Below, piece after piece: positions 1 through 9,647 of a stretch of DNA of 64,000 nt. The DNA lies in the IMG/VR virus record IMGVR_UViG_3300028886_000004, positions 1-64,000 of that record. One strand, written 5' to 3'. Source of the stretch: a virus. Its lineage: Duplodnaviria; Caudoviricetes. How positions within the stretch are numbered: the first letter of the stretch is position 1; each line of letters starts with the position of its first letter. The notes under the pieces were generated by a model. That model was given only the letters and a program-made list of their open reading frames with translations. It made no database searches and was not told the origin of the DNA. A program made the position numbers and the translations under genes.

Positions 1-1
1 T

Positions 2-1966
2 CGCCCGGAGCAGCAAATTGTGGCAGGCTCCCTCGCTTGGCGTGCCAACGGCAAGTATCGCGCGATTGGCTTTAAGTGGGACAAGGATTGTCCTCAACTC
101 ATTGATGCTTGGCACGAACTTTATAAGCCGGGGAGTCCCGTTGGCCTTGTGGCGCATAAGGCGGACTTTGAAACCTGCTGGACGCATTTCAAGGCGGGCC
201 TCGGCGGCACCGTTACCGATTGGCCGACCAACTGGTCTTGGGACACCTGCATTGGCGCCCACGTTCTCAATAACAACCAAAAGGTTGGCTTGAAATTCCA
301 CACCTACACGGAACTTGGCATCATCGGGTATGATACCGATGCCGACCCGTATCTGTCGCAGACAATGCCGGGCGAGGACAGCGAATCGTGCTATTCCTTG
401 AATAGGCTGGCAGGTGGCGAAAGAGTCCCTTGGATGCGCATTGACAATTACTGCGGGCAGGACTCCTTGTACACCATTATGCTTACGGACATTCAGAAAA
501 AGCAAATGGTTGGCAAGGAATTGGAATTCTTCAAATTCTTCCTCCGCGGGATGGTTACGCTTTCCAAGGTTCAAAGCGGCGGCCTTCCGATTGATATGAA
601 GCTTGTGGAAAAGGCAAAAGGCGAGGTTGAAGAAAAGCGTCAGGCGGCGCTTCACGCCGTGCTGTATTCCCCGGAAGCGGAAGCATTCAAGCAAAAATAT
701 GCCACAATCCTCAATCCAAACTCCGTCCCGGATTTGAAGCGCTTGTTCCTGCTTACCGGGGATATTAAGGAAAGCGAGGCCGAAGGCCTTTCAACGAACG
801 TGGAGTTCCTCGAAAAGCTCAACACTCCGCTCGCCAACAATATCCTTGAAATGCGCAAGTATGCAAAGATCGGGAAGACCTTTATCAAAGGCTACGCGCG
901 TGAGGCAATGTGGGACGAGCCTACCCAAACCCATTTGATTCGCCCGTTCTTTAACTTGTCCACGGGTGCCGGAAGTGAATCCGGCGGACCTGTTACTTAT
1001 CGTTCCAGCTCCGACTCGCCTAACTTCCAAAACATTCCGAAGCGCGATAAAGTGATGAAGCATATTCTCCGCTCGATGTTTATTGCGCCGCCCGGTTACA
1101 AGTATATGGAAGCGGACTACAAGTCCCTGGAAGTTATGGTGTCCGCAAGCTACCACCACGACCCGAGCATGTTGAAATATCTTCAGGACCCCTCTTCCGA
1201 TATGCACCGCGATACTGCGGCGGACATGTATATGAGGCGCCCGGAGGATGTAACAAAGCTGGAGCGTCAATCGATCAAGATGGGCTATGTTTTCAGCTCG
1301 TTCTACGGCGCCAGCTATAAGCATTGTGCGGAGCGAATGTGGGCAAAGATGCCGGATACCGCGAAGGACAATTTGCGGGCGCACGGCGTTGCCACCTACG
1401 ATCAATTCCTCGAACACGTCAAAACCGCCGACTCGATCTTTTGGAACGAGCGCTTCAAGGTCTACAACGAATGGCGTAATGCCGAATGGGACCGCTACCA
1501 AAAGAACGGCTATGTGGAAGGCTATATGGGATGCCGCTGCTACGGCCCTATGTCCTTCACCGAATGTGCCAACCGCTGCATTCAAGGTTCCGGCTTCCAC
1601 ACGCTGCTCCAGGCGCTTGGAGATGACGTTGCCGACTTCGAAAGGCTGGGCTTGAAGAGCCGCATAATCGGACAGATTCACGATGCTATTGTCTTGCTGG
1701 TCAAGACGGAAGAGCAGGAACTTGTGGAGGACATCCTTTACAAGAACGGCGTGGTCAAGGTGATGCACAACTTCAAGTGGATTGCGGTGCCGCTGGTTAT
1801 TGAAGCCGAAGTTTCCGAGGATGGCGGATGCTGGGCGGAAATGAGCAACGAGCACGCGCTTGCCTTCTCGGCGAACGCCGGCACGAATGGCTGCTTTGCC
1901 CCGGGCGAGGAGAATTGGCTTGAAATCGACAAGCACATCTGCGACGAAGTCCGCATGCGCCAGTAA
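2..1966 (+). CDS. polA: DNA polymerase, family A (3'-5' exonuclease + polymerase), 5'-truncated by window edge
   Basis: Frame open from base 2; Exo II-like AHKADFE and Exo III YCGQD; motif A EADYKSLE, motif B RQSIKMGYVFSSFYG, motif C QIHDAIV; YRSSSDSPNFQNIPKR. Confidence 0.95.
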   Translation, partial: RPEQQIVAGSLAWRANGKYRAIGFKWDKDCPQLIDAWHELYKPGSPVGLVAHKADFETCWTHFKAGLGGTVTDWPTNWSWDTCIGAHVLNNNQKVGLKFHTYTELGIIGYDTDADPYLSQTMPGEDSESCYSLNRLAGGERVPWMRIDNYCGQDSLYTIMLTDIQKKQMVGKELEFFKFFLRGMVTLSKVQSGGLPIDMKLVEKAKGEVEEKRQAALHAVLYSPEAEAFKQKYATILNPNSVPDLKRLFLLTGDIKESEAEGLSTNVEFLEKLNTPLANNILEMRKYAKIGKTFIKGYAREAMWDEPTQTHLIRPFFNLSTGAGSESGGPVTYRSSSDSPNFQNIPKRDKVMKHILRSMFIAPPGYKYMEADYKSLEVMVSASYHHDPSMLKYLQDPSSDMHRDTAADMYMRRPEDVTKLERQSIKMGYVFSSFYGASYKHCAERMWAKMPDTAKDNLRAHGVATYDQFLEHVKTADSIFWNERFKVYNEWRNAEWDRYQKNGYVEGYMGCRCYGPMSFTECANRCIQGSGFHTLLQALGDDVADFERLGLKSRIIGQIHDAIVLLVKTEEQELVEDILYKNGVVKVMHNFKWIAVPLVIEAEVSEDGGCWAEMSNEHALAFSANAGTNGCFAPGEENWLEIDKHICDEVRMRQ

Positions 1967-2426
1967 GGTCCGCTTTGATGAGTGGCACACGACCTCTTGG
2001 GACAGCGCCTTGAAAAGGATCCGCCGTCTCGGAGGTCTTCATTCCTTCAAATCCGTCTTGTTCAAACAGTCCTTCGAACAGCCGCATTATCAATGCGAGT
2101 TTATGATTCTATCCGTCAAGGGGAAGCTGAAGGGCGCGATGACCTACTGGTTTGAGGAATGGAATGAAACCTACAAGGTTGGCCCTATTTGGCATATAGG
2201 GGATTTCGATACCGCGAAAGGGACAAGCGGAATGGGGCACACGATGTTGTCCCGCTTTATGGACCTATATGGCAAGACATTTTATTTGTGGTGCTGGGAT
2301 GAGGTTGCCGAAAAGTTTTGGCGTCATATGGCCCGGCGATACAAGCTGTCCGTGCATAAGATAGGGGTCACAAAGTGGGGCAGCTCTGTCCTTTTATTTT
2401 CTCCGCGACCGGACCCTACCATATAA
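1887..2426 (+). CDS. putative GNAT-fold acetyltransferase; start uncertain
   Basis: KGTSGMGHTMLSRF resembles the acetyl-CoA binding motif A, followed by AEKFWR; overlaps the polA 3' end. Confidence 0.45.
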   Translation: MAALPRARRIGLKSTSTSATKSACASKVRFDEWHTTSWDSALKRIRRLGGLHSFKSVLFKQSFEQPHYQCEFMILSVKGKLKGAMTYWFEEWNETYKVGPIWHIGDFDTAKGTSGMGHTMLSRFMDLYGKTFYLWCWDEVAEKFWRHMARRYKLSVHKIGVTKWGSSVLLFSPRPDPTI

Positions 2427-2608
2427 TCCAAGGCGGCGTAATTCGGCGTAGTAGGCATTTGCGGACAAACCGCATCCAGCCAGTGCGCCGTATATTGTAT
2501 TCGCTTCCCTATATGATTTGGACTGGCGGACAGCTTGTTCACGCCACATCCTTTTCATCTCATAAATAGTCATTGTTTCAAGGACTGAAAAAGGTTATAT
2601 TTATGGTC

Positions 2609-3355
2609 ATGACAGACTTAGAACTTTGGAAATTCCACGATATCCACTTTGACCCGGTTCCGCATAAATATACGGACTCCCTCGGGACAAATTTCACATC
2701 CGTAACCTCTTGGGTAAAGAATTTCGAATCCGTGCAGGATTGGGATGAAATTGCAAAGAAGTCGGCCGCAAAGAACGGCTGCACCCCGGAAGAACTTCGT
2801 GCAAGGTGGAAACGCGCCGGCGATTACTCTTGTGCCTTGGGCACGGAGGTTCACGCCTATATGGAAAACCTGATGCAGCACAAACGCTACATCCCGCATT
2901 TCGATCCGCAGTATCCTGAAATGGAAGGCGACTACAACTCTCGCATCCCCGTTTGCAATAATGCATACCGGATGATTACCCAAAAATACATCCCGGTGCG
3001 TGAGGAATTGATTGTCTATAACTCCAACTGGAAATTGTGCGGCACGATCGACCTGCTCGCCTACAATACCGAAACCGGCCAGTTCGCCATCCTTGACTAC
3101 AAGACCAACAAGGAAATCAAGAAGGACAATCCGTGGCAGAACATGACCGGCCCGTTTGCGAACTATCCGGACTCGAATTACTACCACTACAGCCTCCAGT
3201 TATCCACGTACAAGGCTATCATTGAAAACGCGACGAATTTGCGCATTGGCGATTTGATGCTCATTCACATTACCGCTCACGGCGCCGTGATGATTCCGTG
3301 TATCGACTTCTCGGGCGTGGTGCGTAATATGCTGGAGACGCAATATGGCCGTTAA
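2609..3355 (+). CDS. PD-(D/E)xK exonuclease (phage RecB/Cas4-like nuclease fold)
   Basis: SVTS, GTEVH, E-x9-GTIDLL...ILDYKT, YSLQLSTY motifs; ATG 7 nt after TATATT. Confidence 0.88.
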   Translation: MTDLELWKFHDIHFDPVPHKYTDSLGTNFTSVTSWVKNFESVQDWDEIAKKSAAKNGCTPEELRARWKRAGDYSCALGTEVHAYMENLMQHKRYIPHFDPQYPEMEGDYNSRIPVCNNAYRMITQKYIPVREELIVYNSNWKLCGTIDLLAYNTETGQFAILDYKTNKEIKKDNPWQNMTGPFANYPDSNYYHYSLQLSTYKAIIENATNLRIGDLMLIHITAHGAVMIPCIDFSGVVRNMLETQYGR

Positions 3356-3620
3356 AAAGGACAGCTTCAACCGCACCGGTCCAAAGAACGGCGATAGATA
3401 TGTGCGCCTGCCCACTGGCAAGGTGGACGGCGCCATATTCCTCAAGCCCGGGGACAAAATCACCCTTGAGGATGTCAAGGAAGAGGACATCTTCCCGGAG
3501 TGCGAGCAGCCGGTAGTATTCGACCCCAATGCCGAAGGGTCCGAAAATCTTGTCAAGGACCCGGCGGTAGGGACCGCCAAGGCGCAAGATTACGGCGACG
3601 TGGTATTCGACCCAAATTAG
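3345..3620 (+). CDS. hypothetical protein (VVFDPN occurs twice)
   Basis: ORF overlaps upstream stop, GGAG RBS. Confidence 0.7.
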   Translation: MAVKKDSFNRTGPKNGDRYVRLPTGKVDGAIFLKPGDKITLEDVKEEDIFPECEQPVVFDPNAEGSENLVKDPAVGTAKAQDYGDVVFDPN

Positions 3621-3653
3621 TCCATTCATGTCAAAAGGTCCGTATATTTGAGT

Positions 3654-5300
3654 ATGTTTCAAATGAAAAGACCTTTGGGCTTTATGCCCACCGGAACCAC
3701 GATGCCGGACCCCGTTCCTATTGAAGGAATGACGTATACCTATGCGTTGAATAATCTCCGCATAGACCTTGAATGGCATAAGGATAACCCGCCTGAATGG
3801 CACCGGATCCTTGAAGCCATCAAGCTCATTCCGGGGCGCCGCTATACCGCTTCCACCAAGAAGTGGTCCGTTCCAAATACCAAAGAAATGCGCGAGTGGC
3901 TGCGTGCCTCGGGCTGGAATATCCCGGAGCCCGAAGTTATCCAGCGTCCCGCTCCTCCCTATAAGCCGGAAAGGGTGCTCCCTGGTCTTTACCCGTATCA
4001 GGAAGATTTCCTCAAATTCTCCTTGGTTCGTCCTCGCCTTGCGTTGTTCGATGAACAGGGAACCGGCAAAACTGTTCAGGCGCTTGCTTGGCTGCGTTAT
4101 CACGGCCTCCTCCCTGCCTTGATCGTTGTAACCTCGTCCACCAAAACGCAGTGGGCGGCAAACTACAAATCGTGGCTTGGGCGCGATGATATTGAGGTCC
4201 TTTCCGGCGAGCGTCCGTGCGAGCTGGAACCGGGCAAGTCCTATGTTATCAACTGGGACATTCTCTACAAGTGGGAGCGCTCCCCGCTGAAGCATAACCT
4301 CTACGCGCAGGGCTTCAAGGCCTTGATCGGCGATGAGGTCCAGGCAATCGGCAACCGCACTTCCCAAAGAACGCGGGCATTTATGCGCCTCGCCGCAAGA
4401 ATCCCGTGCCTGCTTGCAATGTCGGGCACGCCTGCTAGAAGCCGCCCCGTTCAGCTGTGGCCTACGCTTCATTGTATCGATGCGCAGACCTTCCCGGATT
4501 TCTATGCGTATGCTAACCGCTATTGCAATCCGAAGGAAACCCCGTATGGGACGAAATATGAAGGCATCACGAATGCGCCGGAACTCCACGCGCTTCTGTC
4601 TACAAGAACGCTTCGCCGTACCAAGGCGGAGGTGATGTCCTTCTTGCCGCCGAAAATCATCACCACGGTTCCGTGCTCCGTTGATAAGGGCAAGATGGAG
4701 GCATATAAGGAGCAGGCGAAGAAGGCACGCGAGGCAACCGAATTTGAAAGATCCGCCGCCATCGCCGGCCTATTCCAAAGCGCCTATGAATTGAAGGCGG
4801 ATGCCTGCAAGCAATGGATTATGGATTTCTTGTCCACCGATGAGAAACTGTTGGTCTTTGCTTGGCATCACGCGGTGGTAAATGACATTGCAAACTTCTT
4901 GGCATCCAAGGAAATAGGCGTGCGCATCCTTACCGGCGAAACCAGCTCGGCGCAGCGTGAACGCATCAAGACGGAATTCATCACGGATGAAAATGTCCGC
5001 GTGATTGTGGCGAACATCCAGTCGGCGGGTGTCGGCATTGACGGCTTACAGAAGGCTTGCTCTAATTGCTGCTTTGTGGAGTTCACGGCGGCGCCTACGG
5101 ACCACTGGCAGGCGGAGGACCGACTCCATCGCGGCGGGCAGGAAGTCCCGGTCAATGTTTACTACCTTGTGGCGCCTAGGACGATTGACGTTACGATGGC
5201 ATACCAGCTTGACACGAAGGCTGTGGCGCTTGCCTCCGTCTTGGATGGTACGGACTCCGGAATCGTGAAGATTTCGGATATGCTCAAAAAGAAGAAATAA
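3654..5300 (+). CDS. SNF2-family helicase/ATPase with N-terminal HARP-like domain
   Basis: LYPYQ, DEQGTGKT, DEVQ, SGTP, RRTK, GVGIDGL, QAEDRLHRGGQ; GRRY..TKKWSVP N-terminal module. Confidence 0.92.
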   Translation: MFQMKRPLGFMPTGTTMPDPVPIEGMTYTYALNNLRIDLEWHKDNPPEWHRILEAIKLIPGRRYTASTKKWSVPNTKEMREWLRASGWNIPEPEVIQRPAPPYKPERVLPGLYPYQEDFLKFSLVRPRLALFDEQGTGKTVQALAWLRYHGLLPALIVVTSSTKTQWAANYKSWLGRDDIEVLSGERPCELEPGKSYVINWDILYKWERSPLKHNLYAQGFKALIGDEVQAIGNRTSQRTRAFMRLAARIPCLLAMSGTPARSRPVQLWPTLHCIDAQTFPDFYAYANRYCNPKETPYGTKYEGITNAPELHALLSTRTLRRTKAEVMSFLPPKIITTVPCSVDKGKMEAYKEQAKKAREATEFERSAAIAGLFQSAYELKADACKQWIMDFLSTDEKLLVFAWHHAVVNDIANFLASKEIGVRILTGETSSAQRERIKTEFITDENVRVIVANIQSAGVGIDGLQKACSNCCFVEFTAAPTDHWQAEDRLHRGGQEVPVNVYYLVAPRTIDVTMAYQLDTKAVALASVLDGTDSGIVKISDMLKKKK

Positions 5301-5377
5301 CGCGCGTTTAAGGCGCGAAAATAAATAGGCAGGTATTTACCTGCCTTCTTTGTTTTATGCGCTTATAGGCGCCTTTA
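5301..5377. terminator. bidirectional terminator / dispersed palindromic element, copy 1
   Basis: AGGCAGGTATTTACCTGCCT hairpin (5327-5346) between convergent genes; near-identical copy at 39790. Confidence 0.75.
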
Positions 5378-5722
5378 TGTCTCAGGAACGCCGGGGTTTG
5401 TTACTTCCAGCTTGCCAAATGTAAAACCAAGGCGGGCGGTGAAGCCTTTGTCGCCGATTGGGGAGGTTACGGCAATGCTTACGATCTCTTCCGGGCGAAC
5501 GACCATAGAAGTAATCAGGATTTCGCGGATGGCGCCTTCAAGCGCAATGTGACCATTTTCATCCGTATAATCGCCGATGGCGCGTTGGATGTTAGGGACA
5601 ACCGGATCGGTGTAGCCCATATCCCCGAAAGAGAGGATGGCTGCCTTCACCTGCTGGAGGCGCTGTGCGTTTCCGGACAAGAGAAATTCATTGTCCCCGT
5701 TGTAATCGTGGTTAAAATCCAT
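5375..5722 (-). CDS. putative baseplate wedge protein (gp25/GPW-like)
   Basis: 115 aa; size and alpha/beta pattern like gp25; leaderless TATATT-N6-ATG. Confidence 0.45.
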   Translation of the reverse strand: MDFNHDYNGDNEFLLSGNAQRLQQVKAAILSFGDMGYTDPVVPNIQRAIGDYTDENGHIALEGAIREILITSMVVRPEEIVSIAVTSPIGDKGFTARLGFTFGKLEVTNPGVPET

Positions 5723-5801
5723 AACTACAATATACCTTAATGTTTGCCCGGTTGGCGCCCCGGGGCGTATTTATGTATTTTTCCCAATAAGGAGATTCAA
5801 T

Positions 5802-6353
5802 ATGCACGTCAAGAAACGTTACGAAAATGCCGGGGCAACCAAGCTCGCCCTTCAACATGCCCAGTCCGTCGCCGATAAGGTGGCAGCCGCCGTCAAGGAA
5901 AAGACCGGAATTGAACCGACCATCGGCTTGAACGGCTCCCGCATCGACAGTCAAGGCGGCCTTGCGGATGCTATGATCAATGTCCGCATCGGAAATGTCG
6001 GCACCTTCAATCCCTATGAGATTGACCCCAATACGATTGACCCGACGCTGGTCAATATCAGCCCGAACAAGGACGGCGCGTTTGACATCACCGTGGATGT
6101 GACCGCCATTTCCGAAAACAAGACGGAGGCCACCGATATTGCGAATGCACGCAAAATCCAGGCGGGTCTTGTTGAAATGGAAGAGATGCTGGCAGCCGTG
6201 GGCCACAATGTGTCCTTCAAATATGACGCGGAAAATGACATTGTCGAAATCTCGGTAAACAACCGCCCAATCGTGAAAAAGTCCGTGGAAGGCGATTCCG
6301 CAGTTACGGCAATGAACGATGTGTGGGCCTCCACATATCGCCATTTGATTTAA
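5802..6353 (+). CDS. hypothetical protein
   Basis: AAGGAG RBS, 183 aa. Confidence 0.8.
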   Translation: MHVKKRYENAGATKLALQHAQSVADKVAAAVKEKTGIEPTIGLNGSRIDSQGGLADAMINVRIGNVGTFNPYEIDPNTIDPTLVNISPNKDGAFDITVDVTAISENKTEATDIANARKIQAGLVEMEEMLAAVGHNVSFKYDAENDIVEISVNNRPIVKKSVEGDSAVTAMNDVWASTYRHLI

Positions 6354-6383
6354 AAAACCGGAATGTGCGGCGTATATTAAGGC

Positions 6384-6716
6384 ATGAGTTATTACATCAA
6401 AGATTCATTCGATATGCCGCACAATGTCGGTGCCACGGCGAAAGTCACTCGTCTTGAACAGGTTGTGCTGGAGAAAAATCTTTTTGGCGGATACGATGCG
6501 TTCCTATTCGCGGACGATTCCGACAACCCGTCGGAAACCTTCCCGAATATTCGCGTAGGGGTTGAAGATCCTGCTGTCCGCTCGAAATTGGGTTTGGAGA
6601 AGTGGTCGCCGTGCTATCCAAACGTGGACGATACTCTTATCGTCTGCCAACAATCCGGCGGTGTTCTTTACTGGTATAGGGTTTCATATGCGTTCGACAA
6701 TAAAACAAACGAATAA
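6384..6716 (+). CDS. hypothetical protein
   Basis: leaderless TATATT-N5-ATG. Confidence 0.75.
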   Translation: MSYYIKDSFDMPHNVGATAKVTRLEQVVLEKNLFGGYDAFLFADDSDNPSETFPNIRVGVEDPAVRSKLGLEKWSPCYPNVDDTLIVCQQSGGVLYWYRVSYAFDNKTNE

Positions 6717-6981
6717 TGCCATCAAGGCAGTCCGCAAGGAATCGCTGAAGGCGTTTGAACGCGCCGCAAACAAAGTCCTTGCCATCTATCCTCAGGCGGA
6801 GAGCGACCCGGAAACGGCCCGCCTCGTATTCAATATTATTGGATCGCAGGCGCACGAATCCTTGGATTTGTTCCTTCGCCAGTTCGCCCAAGGCCTTGAC
6901 GCCTCGTTGGGTGATGCTTGGCTAAAAAAGGCCGAAGCGGAAATCAACTCGGTTATTGCCGAAATGGAGGTCAGCGCATGA
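6688..6981 (+). CDS. hypothetical protein
   Basis: coupled ORF within operon. Confidence 0.65.
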   Translation: MRSTIKQTNNAIKAVRKESLKAFERAANKVLAIYPQAESDPETARLVFNIIGSQAHESLDLFLRQFAQGLDASLGDAWLKKAEAEINSVIAEMEVSA

Positions 6982-7124
6982 ACACCTGGATGATTATTGC
7001 GATTATCGCTATCCTGCTTTGCATCTATTTGGCGGTGCGCGTATATCGCCTCCGTAAAGGACTCACGGCAGTCCTCATTCGCCTTGATCAAATTGAACGC
7101 AAGGTCCCCGTCCTGAAACCTTAG
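6978..7124 (+). CDS. small single-pass membrane protein
   Basis: GGAGG RBS, ATGA overlap, hydrophobic WMIIAIIAILLCIYLAV. Confidence 0.7.
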   Translation: MNTWMIIAIIAILLCIYLAVRVYRLRKGLTAVLIRLDQIERKVPVLKP

Positions 7125-7134
7125 GAAAAAACAA

Positions 7135-7662
7135 ATGAATAAAATTATCTCCATATCCGGCGCCCAGGGCGTTGGGAAGACTTCAATCATTACAGCACTT
7201 TTCGCAGATGGCGGAACGGTGGTTACCCCGTCCGCTTCCAACATTGCGGCCTCGATGCGTTTTCCTTCCACAATTGACAAGCAAGAATACATTGTGTCCA
7301 CGATGGAATCGCAGCTGGATCAGGCAAGCACGGTGGATGGCATCGTTTATTTGGACCGCTCGGCGCTCGATTGTTTTTCATATATGGCGCTCGATCCGAG
7401 CCTTTCCGCCGACGCGAAGGCAAAATTTGGCCAGCGCCTTCGCAAGATGGCCGCCCGCATTGACTACGCATTCATCCCCAAGCCCGGGGAATTTGCCATT
7501 CAGGCAAATGGCGTCCGTTCCACGGATGCGGACTACCAAAAGAAGTGGCACGAAGCCTTGATTGCATTTGCAAAAGAATGTAATGTTCCTTATAAGGAAC
7601 TCACGGGCACGGTTGCCGAGCGCGTGAAAACAATTAAAACCACCCTTTCAAAGGAGTTGTAA
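7135..7662 (+). CDS. P-loop nucleotide kinase (NadR/AAA_28-like)
   Basis: ISGAQGVGKT Walker A, LDRSALD, NGVRS, GTVAERV. Confidence 0.8.
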   Translation: MNKIISISGAQGVGKTSIITALFADGGTVVTPSASNIAASMRFPSTIDKQEYIVSTMESQLDQASTVDGIVYLDRSALDCFSYMALDPSLSADAKAKFGQRLRKMAARIDYAFIPKPGEFAIQANGVRSTDADYQKKWHEALIAFAKECNVPYKELTGTVAERVKTIKTTLSKEL

Positions 7663-7664
7663 AA

Positions 7665-8048
7665 ATGAAATACGCCGCATTCCAAGAACTCATCAACCGC
7701 AAGAAGGCTGCCAAGGAAGCAGCCAAGCGCAAGAAGCGCAAGAAGCCTGCCGACATCAAGAATGAACCGAAGGCAGCGGAAACCCCGGCGGCTGAAGAAA
7801 CCAAGCAGCCGGAAGTTCCCGAAACCCCGACTGAAGTTCCTGAAACACCCGCCCCGGAAACCCCGGCTGAAGAAACGGCGGAAGCACCTGCTGCCGAACC
7901 GGTTGAAGAAGCTCCGGTTGAAGCACCCGCTGCACCGGTTGAAGAATCTCCGGTTGAAGAAGAAGTCCCGGAAGAAGAAACGACCCCGAAGAAGAAGCAG
8001 TATAAGAAAAAGAAGAAGGCTGCTGCGGAGGAAAATGCTGTCGACTAG
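7665..8048 (+). CDS. low-complexity protein: basic ends, Pro/Glu/Ala-rich acidic core
   Basis: AAGGAG RBS; PETP/PAEE/PVEE repeats. Confidence 0.75.
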   Translation: MKYAAFQELINRKKAAKEAAKRKKRKKPADIKNEPKAAETPAAEETKQPEVPETPTEVPETPAPETPAEETAEAPAAEPVEEAPVEAPAAPVEESPVEEEVPEEETTPKKKQYKKKKKAAAEENAVD

Positions 8049-8271
8049 TGTTCTCTTCGCCGTATGGGGCGTGAACGTCGTCCTTTTGATTTTCATTCTT
8101 GTGAAGCTCAATCGCGTCACGCGCTATTTTTATACCCCGGAACAGCGTAAAGGACCGGGCACCAAATACCCGCCTATCCCTAAGGATTGGCGTCCTGCCC
8201 ACGCTGCGCCGCCAATTCCGAAAAGCCATAAACCGCACCATCGTCGGAGAAGTTATGGCAGACACGAATGA
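8035..8271 (+). CDS. small membrane protein
   Basis: GGAGG RBS; hydrophobic N-terminus. Confidence 0.6.
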   Translation: MLSTSVLFAVWGVNVVLLIFILVKLNRVTRYFYTPEQRKGPGTKYPPIPKDWRPAHAAPPIPKSHKPHHRRRSYGRHE

Positions 8272-9181
8272 AATTGACATTGTCCTGCCCTACGTGGATT
8301 CTTCCGTCCGCGAATGGCAGGACACTTTTCTTGCGGCCAAGCACAAGAAGTTTGTGACCGAACGCGCCCGCGGTCTTTTCCTTAAACTGTTTTCCAATCG
8401 TTACGCCTCCTATGGAATGTTCCGTTATTGGTGGCGTGGCTACGAAAAGTTCGGCCCGCCGGGCAAGGTTCACCTCCTGCTTCAGGCGCCGTCGCAGGCA
8501 CCTGAATGGCTGGACAAGAACAATCCCCGCATTGTAATTCATTATCACGATGAATTCATGCCGAAAAATATCCTTCCAAACTATAACAGCTCCTGCATTG
8601 AACTTTGCTTCCTCAATAAGCACGCAAAGGATCTTACGCCGTTCTTCCTGATGATGAATGACGACTTCTATTTCAATGCGCCGTGCTCCATCGATGACTT
8701 CGTTGAAGGCGAACAGCCGATGACTTGGAAGGAAGTCCGCGCGTCAAAGTTCCAGCCGACGTGCCTTTTCCGGTCCATTGTTTGCAATGACCTTGAATTG
8801 GTATCGAAGATGTCCGGGAAGCCGTGCCCGCATTACACGCACAATCATTTGGCGGTATGCTACAAGCGCGATACCACGGTTGCATTCCTTGATAAGGTAT
8901 GGCCCACGGTGTCCAAGACAATGACGCAATTCCGCGATCCGAAAAACTTCAATCACTGGATTATCCGTTATTGGCAGGACCACACGGGCATCGCGCTGCA
9001 TTCCCCTAAATACCCGCACAAGGGGTATATCGAGATGCCGGATGCTTCCAAGGAACGCGTGGCGGAATTGGAAAAATCTAAGGTGGTATGCTTCAACGAC
9101 ACCAACGGGCATTTTGCGCCAGCCGTGAAGAAATACCTAGAACAACACTTTTCAGAGAGGTCCTCATTTGAGTTGGGGTGA
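8255..9181 (+). CDS. Stealth-family hexose-1-phosphoryl transferase
   Basis: CR1 IDIVLPYVD..W; CR2 P.WL....RIVIHYHDEFMP...LPNYNSSCIE..FLMMNDDFYF; C-terminal CFND. Confidence 0.88.
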   Translation: MADTNEIDIVLPYVDSSVREWQDTFLAAKHKKFVTERARGLFLKLFSNRYASYGMFRYWWRGYEKFGPPGKVHLLLQAPSQAPEWLDKNNPRIVIHYHDEFMPKNILPNYNSSCIELCFLNKHAKDLTPFFLMMNDDFYFNAPCSIDDFVEGEQPMTWKEVRASKFQPTCLFRSIVCNDLELVSKMSGKPCPHYTHNHLAVCYKRDTTVAFLDKVWPTVSKTMTQFRDPKNFNHWIIRYWQDHTGIALHSPKYPHKGYIEMPDASKERVAELEKSKVVCFNDTNGHFAPAVKKYLEQHFSERSSFELG

Positions 9182-9356
9182 GGAAGTATCATTGGTTCCG
9201 GCCGTTCCGAGGGGAACTTCGGAAGTCCCCCGGAAGCCAGCGCCTAAATGTATTATATGTAAGGAACGTACAACCTACCGCTCGTTTTTCGGCCACTACA
9301 TTTGCAGCTACTGCGAGGCCGAGGGAAAGGCGGATAAGTATAAAAGGAGGTGGTAA
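9168..9356 (+). CDS. small Cys4 zinc-finger protein; start uncertain
   Basis: CIIC...CSYC. Confidence 0.5.
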   Translation: MSWGEEVSLVPAVPRGTSEVPRKPAPKCIICKERTTYRSFFGHYICSYCEAEGKADKYKRRW

Positions 9357-9357
9357 C

Positions 9358-9645
9358 ATGCCTGTTATATTTGCTCCGAAAGATCGTATATATTTTCGTG
9401 ATAACCCGAAGGACCACAAGGAACTTCAATGGGCGAAGCAACTGACAAGCCGCACCCAATGGCAGCACGCTTATACGTGTTCGGACCCGATCCTTGGCCT
9501 TGAGGTGGATGATGCCACGGGACACGCCATCATCATAACGCACAAAGGTTCCCACCGTGATTACTTCATTAGCTCCGGGGCGCGTGCCTTTAACCGAATC
9601 GCGTTGCCGAGCGGAAACCGCATCGTTCTTGCGTATAAATTTTAG
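9358..9645 (+). CDS. hypothetical protein
   Basis: AGGAGG RBS. Confidence 0.7.
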   Translation: MPVIFAPKDRIYFRDNPKDHKELQWAKQLTSRTQWQHAYTCSDPILGLEVDDATGHAIIITHKGSHRDYFISSGARAFNRIALPSGNRIVLAYKF

Positions 9646-9647
9646 CT

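Noticed and set aside
2609-3355. Cas4 / CRISPR locus
   Set aside because: No Fe-S Cys cluster, no other cas genes and no repeat-spacer array in the window
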